Assembly (NCBI RefSeq): GCF_009914755.1
Contig: NC_060926.1
Direction: 5' to 3' (one strand)
DNA from: the human T2T-CHM13v2.0 reference genome, Homo sapiens
DNA: 64,000 nucleotides
Below the pieces are notes generated by a model, which saw only the letters and a list, made by a program, of their open reading frames with translations, searched no databases and was not told where the DNA came from. The position numbers and the translations under genes are program-made. Within the stretch, counting starts at the first letter, position 1; each line of letters opens with the position of its first letter. Shown in pieces: positions 14,375-29,517 of the stretch.

Positions 14375-14479
14375 CAAATCTTTGACCATGCCTTCTATCT
14401 GTTCCTGGGCCACATTGACATCCTCTGTAGGGCCCTCCAGGGTGATCTTGTCTTCGCCCTCTGTGAACTCGATGTGAAC
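14375..14479 (-). CDS. HDLBP: HDLBP coding exon 8 (VHIEFTEGED...MVKDL)
   Basis: tggtag|gttcac...gatttg|gtaagg; 105 nt. Confidence 0.95.
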
Positions 14480-14984
14480 CTACCACACCAAAACCAAAGA
14501 GATAGCTAAAACAGAATGGCACAGCTGCAGCCCCTGAGCTCCCAGTGGGAGCTCTCTTCGGAGCGGCTTCTGATCCCAAACTGCTTCACATAGATGTGAG
14601 GGAGGGAGGGACATATCCACAGCCATCAAACAAAGTTGAAAGGGAGGGTTAGGGAGCCATAGTCAGGAAACTAAATACTGTGGCCGAATAATCCTGCCTC
14701 TCACTAAGGACACCGTTTGCCCCACAGAAGCCACTAACATAAAGCATGCGACATGCGACATGCTCCTCCACCATCTGAACTTTTACAAGGCCTGGTCCTC
14801 TTGAGTTGCATAAAGAATGAGACAGAGCACGGATGGAATTTTAAAACTCGTATAGCTGTACCAAGGTGGTAAAGTAACTTGCTTGACATAGACAAGGCTG
14901 CCAGAGTTCCTGGTTTATTATCCTCCAGGTAAGGAGTTAAGGAAGGCAGACTGGTCCTTATATGAAGCTATACAAAGTAAAAGG

Positions 14985-15272
14985 GGCTGGGCACAGTGAC
15001 TCACACCCATAACCTCAATATTTTGGGAGGCTGAGGTAGGAGGACTACTTGATCCCACGAGTTCGAGATCAACCTGGGCAACTAGTAAGACTCTGCCTCC
15101 ACGAAAACTAGCCTGGGGCGCCTGTAGTGCCAGCTACTTGGGAAGCTGAGACGAGCGGATCACTTGACCCATGAGTTCAAGGCTGCAGTGAGCTATGACT
15201 GCGCTACTGCACCCCAGCCTGGGTGACAGAGTGAGGCTTTGTCACTAAAAAAAAGGAATAAAATAAAAAAAA
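14985..15272 (+). mobile_element. Alu (AluJ-like)
   Basis: ggctgggcacagtgactcac...gctgcagtgagctatgact. Confidence 0.85.
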
Positions 15273-15434
15273 TTTAATTTTTAAAAAGGACTGTAACATT
15301 AATTGGAAACAAAGTTTAAATAAAACAGGAATTAAATATGATGGTTGGATTCTCTGGTATTTCTTTTTTGTTCATGTTTCCTGGGGGCTACAATCTCCTT
15401 TGGTAAACTGAGAACGCTTTAAATTCACACTTAA

Positions 15435-15722
<288 letters not shown>

Positions 15723-16032
15723 GCCAAAGTATCATGAAGTTATTTCACCATAATTACTAAATGACATGTTTCTTAAGATACTTATGAAACCTAAGAACAT
15801 ACAATCCTCTCTGGTTAAAGGCCAGAAGGATGGTACAGACATCTACAGACATTTATTCTGCTGTTCTTTAAGCTAACACGGAAGTTGACCATGTCAAACA
15901 GGCCAGTTAATTCAGAAAAATACACCAGTTTTCAAGGGCATCCACAGTACAAAGGTCAACAAAGCAATATCAGAAACAGAAAGACAGAAAACAAGACAAA
16001 TTCAATACAACAGGTGAAAAACGTGTCCTTAC

Positions 16033-16140
16033 CTTTGGCATCTGCTGAGTGATTTTGGCCAGGTTCTGCCCTTTCTTGCCAATGATGAAACGGTGAAGCC
16101 AGGAAGGGGCGGCGACAGAGGAGACGGTGAAGCTATTGGC
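16033..16140 (-). CDS. HDLBP: HDLBP coding exon 7 (ANSFTV...IIGKKG...QQMPK)
   Basis: tcttag|gccaat...ccaaag|gtaagg; 108 nt. Confidence 0.96.
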
Positions 16141-16355
16141 CTAAGAAAATGGGAGAACAGCCATGGGTTTGCAGAGCTCAAGGTCGTGTCACAGTGAAAG
16201 CCAGGCTGCTCACCTGGGGCTCAGAGGCACGCTCTCCCCAAACCTGGGCACCTGCACTGTGTCCAGGCCCCAGGATTTACAAATCGAGAGCTCATCCATG
16301 AAGGCCCCGCGGACTCCACTCAAAGGAGACACACTTCATGCTCGGAGGCAGTTAC

Positions 16356-16562
16356 CTTGGCATAGACTTCAGTCAACGCCTGACCTAACTTTTCAGGTTC
16401 GCCTCGAAGTATTACAGTCTCAGAGATGCTGTCTGAGGGTGGGATCTCAACGGAAACTCCAGTTCTCTCAAGGATCTCCTGCAATGAATTGCCCTTGGGC
16501 CCAATGACATACTTGTGTTGGGATTTCTTCACTTCCACTGCAATGGTTGTAGTCTTCTTTTT
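16356..16562 (-). CDS. HDLBP: HDLBP coding exon 6 (KKKTTTIAVEV...IGPKG...VYAK), KH domain
   Basis: ttatttag|aaaaag...gccaag|gtaact; 207 nt. Confidence 0.96.
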
Positions 16563-17165
16563 CTAAATAAGAGCACCATAAGGGGCAGTCAAAGGGAAAG
16601 GTGTGGGAAGCGGGCAGGTGGGCATGGCCACTGCTGCAGAAAGCAAGCCAAAGCGGCCCAGACTATAGATGCTGATCCCAAGAAGTGAACAACAAGTGAT
16701 CAGGACTAGCCAATCCCCAGAAACTTCACTGTTCAAGGACTGGATTTTTCCCCTCAGTCTAGTCACCCGCCGGCTGATAACTTCGTCCTTGAACACTGCA
16801 AAACACCCAATCCTTTCCCTCAATTAAGGAACACGTTTCAGACCTCAAAGTTCACTAAGCTGAGCTAACAGCTTAATCTAAGACGTGAACAAGTCCGGGA
16901 TGTGCATCTGACCCGGGGCAGCCCAGCTGGCAGCCTGTCAGCACAGTCAGAGGCCCAGGATGGCAAGGACAACTGCCAGGCAGATGCTCAACAGCAAGGG
17001 GGGGCGGGCACCGATCTCACCCGGGTCACTCAAGTGTAGAGACAATAAGCATCTTCATCAAGGACAAAAAGATAAGGGGCAGAACCAGGCCTTAACTGAA
17101 TCTCCAGACCCAAATCCTCATTTCTATTCCTGCCCATGGGGATTTGCCTCCTCTAAATCGTGTAC

Positions 17166-17381
17166 CTTCTCCTCATAAATCTTCTTGATGCGAGCCACAG
17201 CCTGAGCCAACTGTTCCTTCTCTCCAGTGAAGACAATCTCTGTCCGGTTCACGCTGGGTGGGGGGATGTTGATGCGCGTGCCTGTCTCCTGCATGATCTC
17301 GCCAACCAGTCTATTATACGGCCCAGCGATGAAGGGGTGGAATGCCTTTTCTACTTCTAGCCTCTCCACAGCACGTTTGTC
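17166..17381 (-). CDS. HDLBP: HDLBP coding exon 5 (DKRAVERLEV...IYEEK), KH domain
   Basis: ttccag|gacaaa...gagaag|gtacac; 216 nt; overlaps ORF 17124..17369. Confidence 0.96.
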
Positions 17382-17581
17382 CTGGAAAGGAAGGGATGAT
17401 CTGATGAGAACAGGCCTTTGAAAACAAACTGGGGACAGACAGGGCTTTTTAGAGTTGGAGTCAAGCCCTCCACCCCCACCACATTATGCCTTGAAGTCCA
17501 CACTGGACACGGCAACCCATGAGGGAGTGAGGTCTGCACAAGCAGGTAGGCAGGGGCACGAGGCACTCACACAGGCCTCAC

Positions 17582-17788
17582 CTGCTCGGCAGAGATGAGT
17601 AAGACTTCATGGCGAGCTTTCTCGATGCCCTCTTTGGTGCCAGTGATCTTGATCTGATTGCTGGGGTCATCTGGGCGTGGGATCTGGATTTTGGTTGCAG
17701 TTTTTAGCTCCAAGTCTTGCAGTTTCTCTCCATTTTTGCCAATAACAAAGCGATGGTGTTCTTTGGGAATGGCAACAGTTGCTGAGGC
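17582..17788 (-). CDS. HDLBP: HDLBP coding exon 4 (ASATVAIPKEHHRFVIGKNG...ISAEQ), KH domain
   Basis: ctatag|gcctca...gagcag|gtgagg; 207 nt; GxxG loop IGKNG. Confidence 0.96.
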
Positions 17789-18134
17789 CTATAGCAAGAA
17801 GAGAATAAAAGAAAACAAGAATATTTGTAGGTTCTGAAGGAGCATATTTTTCCAAGACATTCTGGCAGAAACACCATCTTTGCTTATTCCCGCCCAGCAG
17901 CACCAACTCATCCATTAAAACAGCATGAGCTTAAACATCACATGCTTGGGGAAGGTTGCCCTGACTCCCAGGTTAGGGTAAGTTCGAGTGTATCTGCACC
18001 ACTACTTAACATCCACTGGAATATACACCCACAAAGGGAGACAAGAGTTAACATCCACAAAAGCTGGACAGGAAGAAGCATGACTGCATATCCAGAAACC
18101 CTGAAAAAACTACTGGGTGAAATTCTATTTATAG

Positions 18135-18512
<378 letters not shown>

Positions 18513-18961
18513 AAAAGATGTGTTTCTAATAGAAAAAAGGAAAAAAGAAAAAAGGACAAGAAAATAGCAAGACATAAGCCCAACACAAGGTGGAGTATGT
18601 GCATTCGAAATTAGAAAACACTCCTTAAAATAGCTAACAGAAGGTTTAAGTAGATGGCGATCATCCCAATTAACTTTAAAATATTAATACAATTTCAAAC
18701 AGTTGATTATAAAGGTTGTAACACAGAACCAACAAAAATAAACAAGAAAACCCTGAAAAAGAATAGTGCAGGGTGGAGGTGTTAACAGTGGTCCTAGACA
18801 TTAAACATGAAACCATTATCATTAACACAGGAAATACCAGTATACGGAAAGACCTGCTGGTCTGAACTGAAAACCCAGAAACAGAGCTAAGTTAATATAA
18901 ACATTTAGGACATGATAAAAGCAGCCACTCAAGTTCACTAGAGCAAAACGTCTTTTCAAGA

Positions 18962-20400
<1,439 letters not shown>

Positions 20401-20499
20401 TAAATGGAAACAAATGTACCTAACTATATCAAGATGACAGAAAAACTCAGAAAAAAGGAATTACTTCAAGTGATTTTGAACTCATGATTTTCCTTTTCT

Positions 20500-20755
20500 G
20501 GGACTCTGTCACCCAGGCTGGGCTGTGGTGGTGCAAACACTGCTCACAGAAGCCTCCACATCCCAGGCTCAAACAATCCTTTCTCCTCAGACTTCTAAGT
20601 AGCTGGGATTACAGGTGAGCACGCCACCACTATTTTTTGTAGAGATGGGGTCTGACCATGTTGCCCAGGCTGGTCTCAAATTCCTGTGCTCATGCAATCT
20701 GCTCACCTCGGCCTCCCAAAGTGCTAGGATTACAGGCGTGAGAGTCACCGCCTGC
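20500..20755 (-). mobile_element. Alu (AluJ-like, degenerate)
   Basis: actctgtcacccaggctg...cctcccaaagtgctaggattacaggcgtg. Confidence 0.8.
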
Positions 20756-20977
20756 TTTTCCTTTCTTAAAAGTACAATTATCCTAGCTCTGTCTTCTGAA
20801 AAAGCCTAGAAGCTCTGACAACCTAGTTGCGACGTGCACCTATGGAGACTGGAGTCTCCAACTGCAATTTCCTACTCAAAAGGTTCAGAGTTCAGAGAGA
20901 AACAGCTGACTCAAGGTCTGTGGAAGGAAATATGTAAGATTAGCCTGAGGCATCTTTCTGTGTTAGAAATTAAGAAG

Positions 20978-21288
<311 letters not shown>

Positions 21289-21891
21289 AGAAGGTATTGA
21301 TATTAATAGGTCATGACAGAAAGCTGCAGGGAACAAAACTGAAAGGAGGGGACCCACTGGCCAAAGATGAAGCAGCTCCAGCATGAAGAATGATGGACAA
21401 TGCCTGAGTTCATAATGACACTAAAGAGAGTCACTGATCAACACTGAAGTCGCCGGAGCGCCAAAGAATCGATTATTTATCTGGTACTTCCCACCCAACT
21501 GCTGATGAAGAAAAATTCTTCTTTACAAGAATTATCAACTAATGTATGAGCAGGGAGAGAATTAGAAAAGCATAATTTGCAACCCTTAACGAATTTGGGC
21601 AATCACCAATTGATAGTAAAATGATTACACAAAGCACTGATAGGGAACTTTACAAGGGAAGACCCAGACCTGAGCCTAATGATCAATCTCAAAATCAGTT
21701 CAAAGCAGAACAACCAGCTATCACAGCACAGACTCAGCACCACCTACAGGGTCTTCTTGCCCAACAAGCTGACTGTGGAAGTAACCAAGCCCCTAGAGAT
21801 CTAACACCAGTTCACCAAAAATAATCAGTCAATAGCAGAACCAAAAACCTACGGTCCCCACTAATCAATGGCATTAAAAAAGGGGAGGATT

Positions 21892-22197
21892 GGCTGGGCG
21901 TGGTGGCTCACGCCTGTAATTCCAACACTTTGGTAGGCTGAAATGAGTGGATCATTTGAGCCTAGGGGTTTGAAACCAGAGTGGGCAACATGGTGAAAAC
22001 CCGCATCTGCCAAAAAACAAACAAAAAAAAAGCCGGGCCTGATGGTGCATGCCTGCAGTCTCAACTACTTGAAGGGCTGAGTCAGGAGGATCACTTGAGC
22101 CCAGGAGGTCAAGGCTGCCATGAGCTGTGTCTGCACCACTGCACTCCAGCCTGGGCAACAAAGTGAGATCCTGTCTCAAAAAAAAAAAAAAAAAAAA
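21892..22197 (+). mobile_element. Alu (AluJ-like)
   Basis: Full dimer with poly(A). Confidence 0.88.
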
Positions 22198-23288
22198 GGG
22201 GGTAGGAGGGAGTAAGCACTGTTAAAGAATGAGAGACAGGACTCTATAATCAAATGCAACATTGTGACCTTGTTTGGACACTGACTTGAAAAGACCAACT
22301 GAAAGAAACATCTTGGAGATGATGAGGAAAGTCCAAACAGAGACTGGGTTAAAAAGGTATAATATTAAGAAACCACTATCAATATGATTACATGAGTTAG
22401 GAGCACAATGACTATATATATGTATACATGAAAACGGGAAGATCTGAACTAAGGCACAATAATGTATCTGGGATTTGTCTGAAGATAATTGAGGAGTAGG
22501 AGAGTGTCAGGGGTCAATGTCTTCATTCTGATCCATATATTCAGTGAAGTGGCCCTTTCCCCTACAGTGTTGATTACAAAACAGAAGCTCAAATATCCAC
22601 TGACTAGCAGACACCTGGAAAACTTTCAGAGCCTATTATGCACTGGCCACCATGCTGGACAATTATAAGCAACACTTTCACCTTCCTAACACTTAATGGT
22701 TTAACTCCATGAAGCCAGCTGGGGTTGGGGACTGTCCCGATGCCCCCATGTGGTTAAGTGGCACAGCTGGACCTGCATTAGGTGGCACTCCTCTGCCTCG
22801 CCTCCTGGCTACACCCTGCACTCCTACCCCTCAGGCCCTCTCCCATCAAATCCCCATCGTCCAATCACCATGCTCCAGGGTGCTCCAGATCCAGCTCCCA
22901 CAAGATCAAGGAGACTCAGTAGCAGATGGGAAGAACCCCCATTCCTAAATAAGCCTATCTAGTACAACAGCAGTCACGCAACACTTTAGTAAGATTCTTT
23001 ACATTTTTCTTGGTCTTTAAGTGCTACCACTTAGGGAGAAATGCATCAGAGATTTGCTTATTACAAATGTTCTTAAATAAAGTCCAAGTACTGGCATCAG
23101 ACTGCCAAAGACGAGGAAACTGGCTTAAAACAGAATTTGAACTTGTAATCTCCTCAATTTGGGGCCTGGAAATGTGTAGTTAGTGAACATACTAGCAAAG
23201 CAATGGGAACCACCCATCTTTACCATTCAGCAAGCCCAGCTTCTTTTAAGTGTCTCAAACTCTGGGACAAGCTTCTAATTTTCAGTTT

Positions 23289-23451
23289 GGCCAGATGTGG
23301 TGGTGTGCCTGTAATCCCAGCTAACTGGGAGGCTAGGTGGATTGCCTGAGCCCAGGAGTTTGAGGCCACAGTGTACTATAACCACACTTGTGAATAGCCA
23401 CTGCACAAGAGCCTAGACAACAAGGTGAGACTCTGTCTCTTAAAAAAAAAA
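23289..23451 (+). mobile_element. Alu monomer (FRAM/AluJ-like)
   Basis: ggccagatgtggtggtgtgcctgtaatcccagc...gagactctgtctc followed by an A tail. Confidence 0.75.
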
Positions 23452-23696
23452 ATTATTATTACTTTCAAGTTCATTCACTCAAAGAGCAAAAATGGTAAGT
23501 GTCCCAGTTCTATTATTAGTTTAGTGAGTTTTTCCACTAAAAATGCCAGAGGACTCTGAATGTTGCTGTCCTACCTCCAAAAGACGGAACTGTCCCACTG
23601 GTAGGAAGGGTCCAGTGACGTTCTAGCCTGCATCAGGAGCCGGGTAATGGAACGGGTACACAGTCACTGGGGAGAAGTAGGCCTCAGGCTACCCAC

Positions 23697-23912
23697 CTGA
23701 GTCTGCAGTCTAGCAACAATGTCCTTCCGAGCTTTCATGACAGCATCCAGCTTTCCTGACACCATGATGGAGAGGCCTTGGTCTTTGGCCAAAGACAGCT
23801 CCAAGTGAGCACCAGTTCTCTGCATGATCTCAAGGCAGATTTTTGCTTGTTCACCTTCTCCAAACTGGTTCATATCCTTGTATTTTCTCTCCTCCAGGGG
23901 TACATGGAACAC
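23697..23912 (-). CDS. HDLBP: HDLBP coding exon 3 (VFHVPLEERK...VARLQTQ), degenerate N-terminal KH repeat
   Basis: ttgagcag|gtgttc...actcag|gtgggt; 216 nt, phase 0-0. Confidence 0.96.
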
Positions 23913-25067
23913 CTGCTCAAAAAAGATCAAAAAAGGAAAGGTTAAGAGATTAAAAGAAGGCCAACAGATAGGGAGTAAAGAACATGTGTTCATCACCATC
24001 CACTCACAAAGCAGCCCCACCCTGCCCACAGGCACTGCTCGAAGCCCTGGGATAAAGCAGCCGAAAGACAAGGAGAAAGGGCCAAGGTCAAGAGGCTGAC
24101 ATCCTAAGGAGAGAACCACATCAGCTGCACAAATGAATGAGGCAGCTAGCAAGTGCTGTGATGAAATCAACAGGGGCAAGAGAGTTTGAGAGAAAGTGGG
24201 AGGTGGACCCTGGGGACGGCCAGGAAACACCGTCCTGAAGCACGAGGCAGCTATCCATGTTAAGAGGTGAGGGAACTAAGGGTGTACAGGCAGGAAAGCG
24301 GAGGAGGTGGATGGGGGCGGAGCCTGGTGCACACACCAGAGGGGGACAGTGAAGAGGATCACCCATCCCACCCTGTAGTAAAAGTCAACACAGGCTTTTC
24401 AGCAGGAGGCATTCTGCTTGATGGTGCAGGGTCCCTCCCGTTGCTTTATGGAGAAGAACTGAGGAGGGACAAGGTGGAAGCAAGAGGGATCAACTACCCT
24501 GGTGTGAGACCACAGTCACCAAGTAGACAGTGGTACATTTAACAAAACCATTAACAAGATAGCAGACAGGTGAAAATGGAAGGATTGGGATGCAACTGTT
24601 TATGAGCCTAAAATTCAGGGAAGACACTGGCAGCGAGATAGTAATTTTCCACCATGACCAGATGATATGAATTTATATAAAAGTTTTGAAACTCACTAAC
24701 ATCTCAAATTCAGGTAGCAGAGAGAAGGGCTACTGAAGCCAAAGAAAACCAGGAAACTGGTTAACCTCTTCGAGAAAGCAGGATAATGAATAGAGAACAG
24801 AAAACAGGACCCATTCATCTGACAAACACTGCCTGCAAAACGACCACGTGCCTGTCCTACTGAGTGCTAGCATACAGGGTGGACATGAGAGAAGTGGTCG
24901 ACAGAAACATCTCTGGGGTGGGGGATGATTTAAATTGAAGGCCTTCTCCCTTTAGCTACTCAAAGCATTCTCAATCTTGCACATTCAGAAACTCTTCCAT
25001 CAGATTCTACGCTTGGAAGGATAGGTTAAGAAAGAACAGCAATTAATTTTTAAAAATTTAAAAAACT

Positions 25068-25379
<312 letters not shown>

Positions 25380-25433
25380 TTACATAGACATGTTACATGA
25401 TAAAATTTTTAAAAGAAAGAATGGTGTTTCTAC

Positions 25434-25591
25434 CTGAGTGATGACAGAAGCCTTGATGGGTCGGATCTTGTTCCCCCAGGCTCCAGCGGGTTCCTGGGCA
25501 CTTTCCAGGCAAGCAGCTTTCTCAGGAAGTGGAGGGAAGGCATCCTTGTAGGTTGGAGGGTCGCTCTCCTCTTCTGAATTTAGAGTGGCAA
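25434..25591 (-). CDS. HDLBP: HDLBP coding exon 2 (VATLNSEEESDPPTYKDAFPPLP...ASVITQ)
   Basis: ggtccag|ttgcc...actcag|gtaga; 158 nt, completes phase 1; overlaps ORF 25380..25607. Confidence 0.96.
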
Positions 25592-26122
25592 CTGGACCAG
25601 CCAACACAGATTAAAAGGAAGCACTACTTTTAGCATTACATGAAAAACACTTTTAAGGGTTTTAGTGCTTAAAAACAGACAAACAAGAACCATCAAATGC
25701 TCCAAGGACAACTCCCCCCACCCCTCTCTTCTAATTCATAGTGATGGGAAAAGGCCCCAGGAGGTCACCAGGCCCAGCACCCTGAGTGTGAGAGCTAGAG
25801 GAGGCCAGAGACTCCCAGTCTCTGACAGCGAACCTACCCCCATCCACATGGCCTCCTTGGTAAACATCAGCTCAGACATTGTGAGCCCCACTCCCCTAAC
25901 GGGGTGAGTCCCTTGAAAGCAAGCCTTGCTACGTCAATTTTTAAGTCCTCTAGAGTCTAATAACACACTTAAAAAAATCACAACTATGGCAATGCCAGGC
26001 ACAGAGCAGACCCCTGCATTTGCAAAACAATGGTCCTACCCAGCACCACCTGTGAGAATTGCCTTTGAAGCAAACTCTGATTTTCCACTGTAACATACAA
26101 GGTTAAAAATGATTGCCGTGGA

Positions 26123-26500
<378 letters not shown>

Positions 26501-26924
26501 TTATCATCACTTCCATCTTCCATAGTGCCCTATTTGTTCATGTGTTTGTGCCATTAGCCACAATCTCCATGAAATCAAGGGTGTGACTGTTTTGGATAAC
26601 CCAAATCCCCAGGACTGAGCATGGCGTCTTGGCAATAGCAAGGCCCAGTGAAAAACACCATGAATGGATGTGACAGAGAACAGGGGGATGATCTCTGGAA
26701 TCAGACAGGCTCATGCCCAAGTCCAGGCCCATCGCTTCCCAGCTGCATGCCCATCTACCCGACAGCGCTGACAGGACAGGTGGAAGCATTCTTTCAGTGC
26801 CGTCTTCCCTCTCTAGAAAGGGAAACACAGACTTCACAGGGAAGCTGGCTCCAGGAGGAGGATCCCAGGCCCCCAGAACAAAGCAGCTTCTCGGGTTCCA
26901 ACACCTGACACAGCAGCCACCAGA

Positions 26925-27365
26925 AATGAGCTTCTGAAATGTGGCTAGTGTGACTAAGGAAAAGTTAATTTTATATTTTAATTAATTTTAAGAACTAATA
27001 CTCAATTTAGTTATTGGAAAACTTTTAAGTGTGTTTCGAACAACCTGGAGTAGAACAATCTGCTCTTTCAAATGAAGATTTTATAACATCTAAACACAGA
27101 TCAAGGATTTTGGATGAAAATCTGGCATTCAAATGGAAGGAAATGTCCCACCGTTGTAAATACACATCAGACTTCGAAGAGAAATAATCTCAAATATCAA
27201 TGGTTCCCCCCCTTTTTTTTACATTAGAGATGTTGAAATGACAGTGTATTAGACATATTGGGGTAAAATATCAAAATTAATTTCACCTGTTCCCTTTTAA
27301 TAAGTACCAGAGAATCCTAAAAATTGTACACGTGGCTTGTAGTCTATTCTACTGTACAGCACTGC
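26925..27365. mobile_element. hAT-Charlie DNA transposon remnant (MER33/Charlie1-like)
   Basis: aaatgtggctagtgtgact...aattaatttcacctgtt...cacgtggct...acagcactg. Confidence 0.6.
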
Positions 27366-27779
27366 TCTTAATCCCAGCCAGTGGCGTTCGAGAACTCCGA
27401 AGCCAGGGTCCAGCCTTCATCCTCAAGGCAGGCTTAAGCAATGCTCTGGGATGCTTCAGAGCCCAGATTTTAGTTTACCACAATTAGGAAAAAGCAGTTT
27501 TGAAAAGGACTGCATTAATTACCAAAGGTCAAATTCGCTGGCTTTCCAGAAAGCTGCCCACATGTTAAATCTCACTGTACTTGATTCATTTCCTCATGCC
27601 TGGCCAGTCGCCCCTGCACGCACAGCAATGCGAAAACAGTGCACAAGATGTTGGACCCTCCCTGCCCCACAACCACAGGGCCAAAAGGTACTTCTAGAAA
27701 GGGCATGGGATTTGGTAAAGGCTTTAGAGGGAGCAATGCCTTAGACATTACCAGGAAGAGCACATAAAAGGGCTGTCAC

Positions 27780-27855
27780 CTTTGATTTGTTGCGGAACCA
27801 GCCCACTTCGGTGTTCAGCAAAACTCTCTTGGGTCAAAACTGCAACGGAACTCAT
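27780..27855 (-). CDS. HDLBP: HDLBP/vigilin coding exon 1 (MSSVAVLTQESFAEHRSGLVPQQIK); whole exon 27780-27892 includes 37 nt of 5'UTR
   Basis: Minus strand reads tttgctttag|tggtttt...tcaaccATGagttccgtt...atcaaag|gtgac; matches the recalled vigilin N-terminus; ends in phase 1. Confidence 0.96.
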
Positions 27856-28103
27856 GGTTGATCTCACACCTACACACAATCCGGGAAAACCACTAAAGCA
27901 AAGAAGAATAAATCAGAAGTCAAAGTACAACCCTCAATTATCTATGAGATTGTTAACCTAAGAGTTTTAGCAAAGTTTTACTCTCTTTTTTACCAGCAAA
28001 CTATACCTTTTTATTTTCCTCACAACCTCTGATGTAAGCTGATACCCAAACTCTCACCAAGTGATAAAAAGGGGGGAAAATGCAAGTAAAGGAGGTCCTA
28101 GAA

Positions 28104-28309
28104 CAGGGGTGGCCAATCTTTTGTCCTCCCTGGGCCACAATGCAAGAAGAATGATCTTGGGACACACATAAAATAAACTAATGATAGCTAATAAACAAAC
28201 AAAAACAAAACAAAACAAACAAAAAAAAACCTCATGTTTTAAGAAAGTTTAAGAAATTTGTGTTGGGCCATGTTCAAAGCTGTCCTGGGCCTCGGGTTAG
28301 ACAAGTTTG
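28104..28309 (+). mobile_element. MER30 (hAT-Charlie MITE) with intact 8-bp TSD tcctagaa
   Basis: caggggtggccaatctttt...tttgtgttgggcc...gacaagtttg; TSD at 28096-28103 and 28310-28317. Confidence 0.82.
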
Positions 28310-28563
28310 TCCTAGAACAGCTGGTTAACTGTCCCCTCAAAAGTTGCCTGTAATGGAGGAGCTCATCCTCCACTTGGGGCAGTCTGCATCCATTTCTCCA
28401 CCCCAGGGGCCACAGAGACACAGTCAACACCACCCCTAACCGCAGGGGTGGGGGGACCATGGAACCTGCCACCTGCCTGACCCAGGCTCCAGGCATAGAT
28501 CAACACCAGGATCGTTCTCCTAACAGTGACCTTGGTTATTCTGTCAATTTGCTCACCACACAC

Positions 28564-28634
28564 CTCTTAATGCTTACAAAATGCATCATGACAGTTGCTA
28601 CAAAAAGCCAGCGGTCTCTCTCTGCAAGGTGCAT
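28564..28634 (-). CDS. HDLBP: Alternative HDLBP exon with upstream in-frame ATG giving a 36-aa N-terminal extension (MHLAERDRWLFVATVMMHFVSIK-SGFPGLCVGVRST-M)
   Basis: ATG at 28634, donor aagag|gtgtgt at 28564; 71 nt + 37 nt of the next exon = 108 nt, stop-free and in frame with the main ATG; agrees with my recollection of an annotated isoform. 5' boundary not determined. Confidence 0.75.
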
Positions 28635-29452
28635 CCAGGCCCCAAACTAAACCACCTCCAAATCTCGACTTAACCAGGTGGTTATAAGTGGTAGCTGCGT
28701 GACAGGAAAAAGCAGCCTCAGTGCTTTGTAGCAACAGTAACAGACCCACAAATTGCGCTAAATGCCCTTGATCCACACTGACTGGTTATTCTCCCATCCC
28801 TCCAGGTGTGGGACAGAACTCGCACAGCAGGGGAAACCTGGCCCAAGGGCGCTGAGTTTCTCATTAGCACAGCCACAGTGCTCAGCGGGATATGGGCTCC
28901 GAAAGCCACAGCTCCCTTATGTGAAAAATGGGGTACATTCAGCATTCTGAGGTAGGAATGTTAGCTTCCTCTCCTTCCCTCTCCCCAGTTCCAGGTGAGC
29001 TCCAAACTACTACAGTGAGGAAGAACCCATTTTCTTTACACAATTACGCATCAATTACTCGCACAACAAGGCCAAGTAATAAGGAGTGAATTTTGCATAA
29101 TTTTTATAACATAATTAAGACCTCTCCCCAAGTTGAAGAAAAGTTAAGGCCTGCAATCCTAAAGAGAAGCAAGACCCCAATTCAGATAATACTGAATAAA
29201 CATAATTCACATTTAAGAAATAAAAGATTAAAAACAGACGGAAGCCAGATGACACATCTAAGGGACACACGTCTATAGATGGTTCCTGCTGGGAGGTGAA
29301 GCTATGGAGACATCTCTGACGAACCACGAGAAACTTGAAGGTGTGATATAAAGAAAGAAGGTACACACAGGACTAAGAAAATACGCATCCCTGCGCCCCC
29401 AGGTCCACACACAGCCCAGGGACAGGAAGTCTTCAGACAGGGTCAAACTTAC

Positions 29453-29517
29453 CAGCAAAACGGTCAGTAGCCAGAAGGTCCGTCCTGAGGCCGCCTCTGT
29501 CAGCCTGCCAGCTTTTG
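29453..29517 (-). other. HDLBP: HDLBP non-coding 5'UTR exon (65 nt)
   Basis: Long pyrimidine tract ...tcccatcccataccag|caaaag...ttttgctg|gtaagt; no ATG inside. Confidence 0.85.

Noticed and set aside
14747-14763. atgcgacatgcgacatg micro-repeat
   Set aside because: Short 7-bp tandem duplication with no evidence of function.
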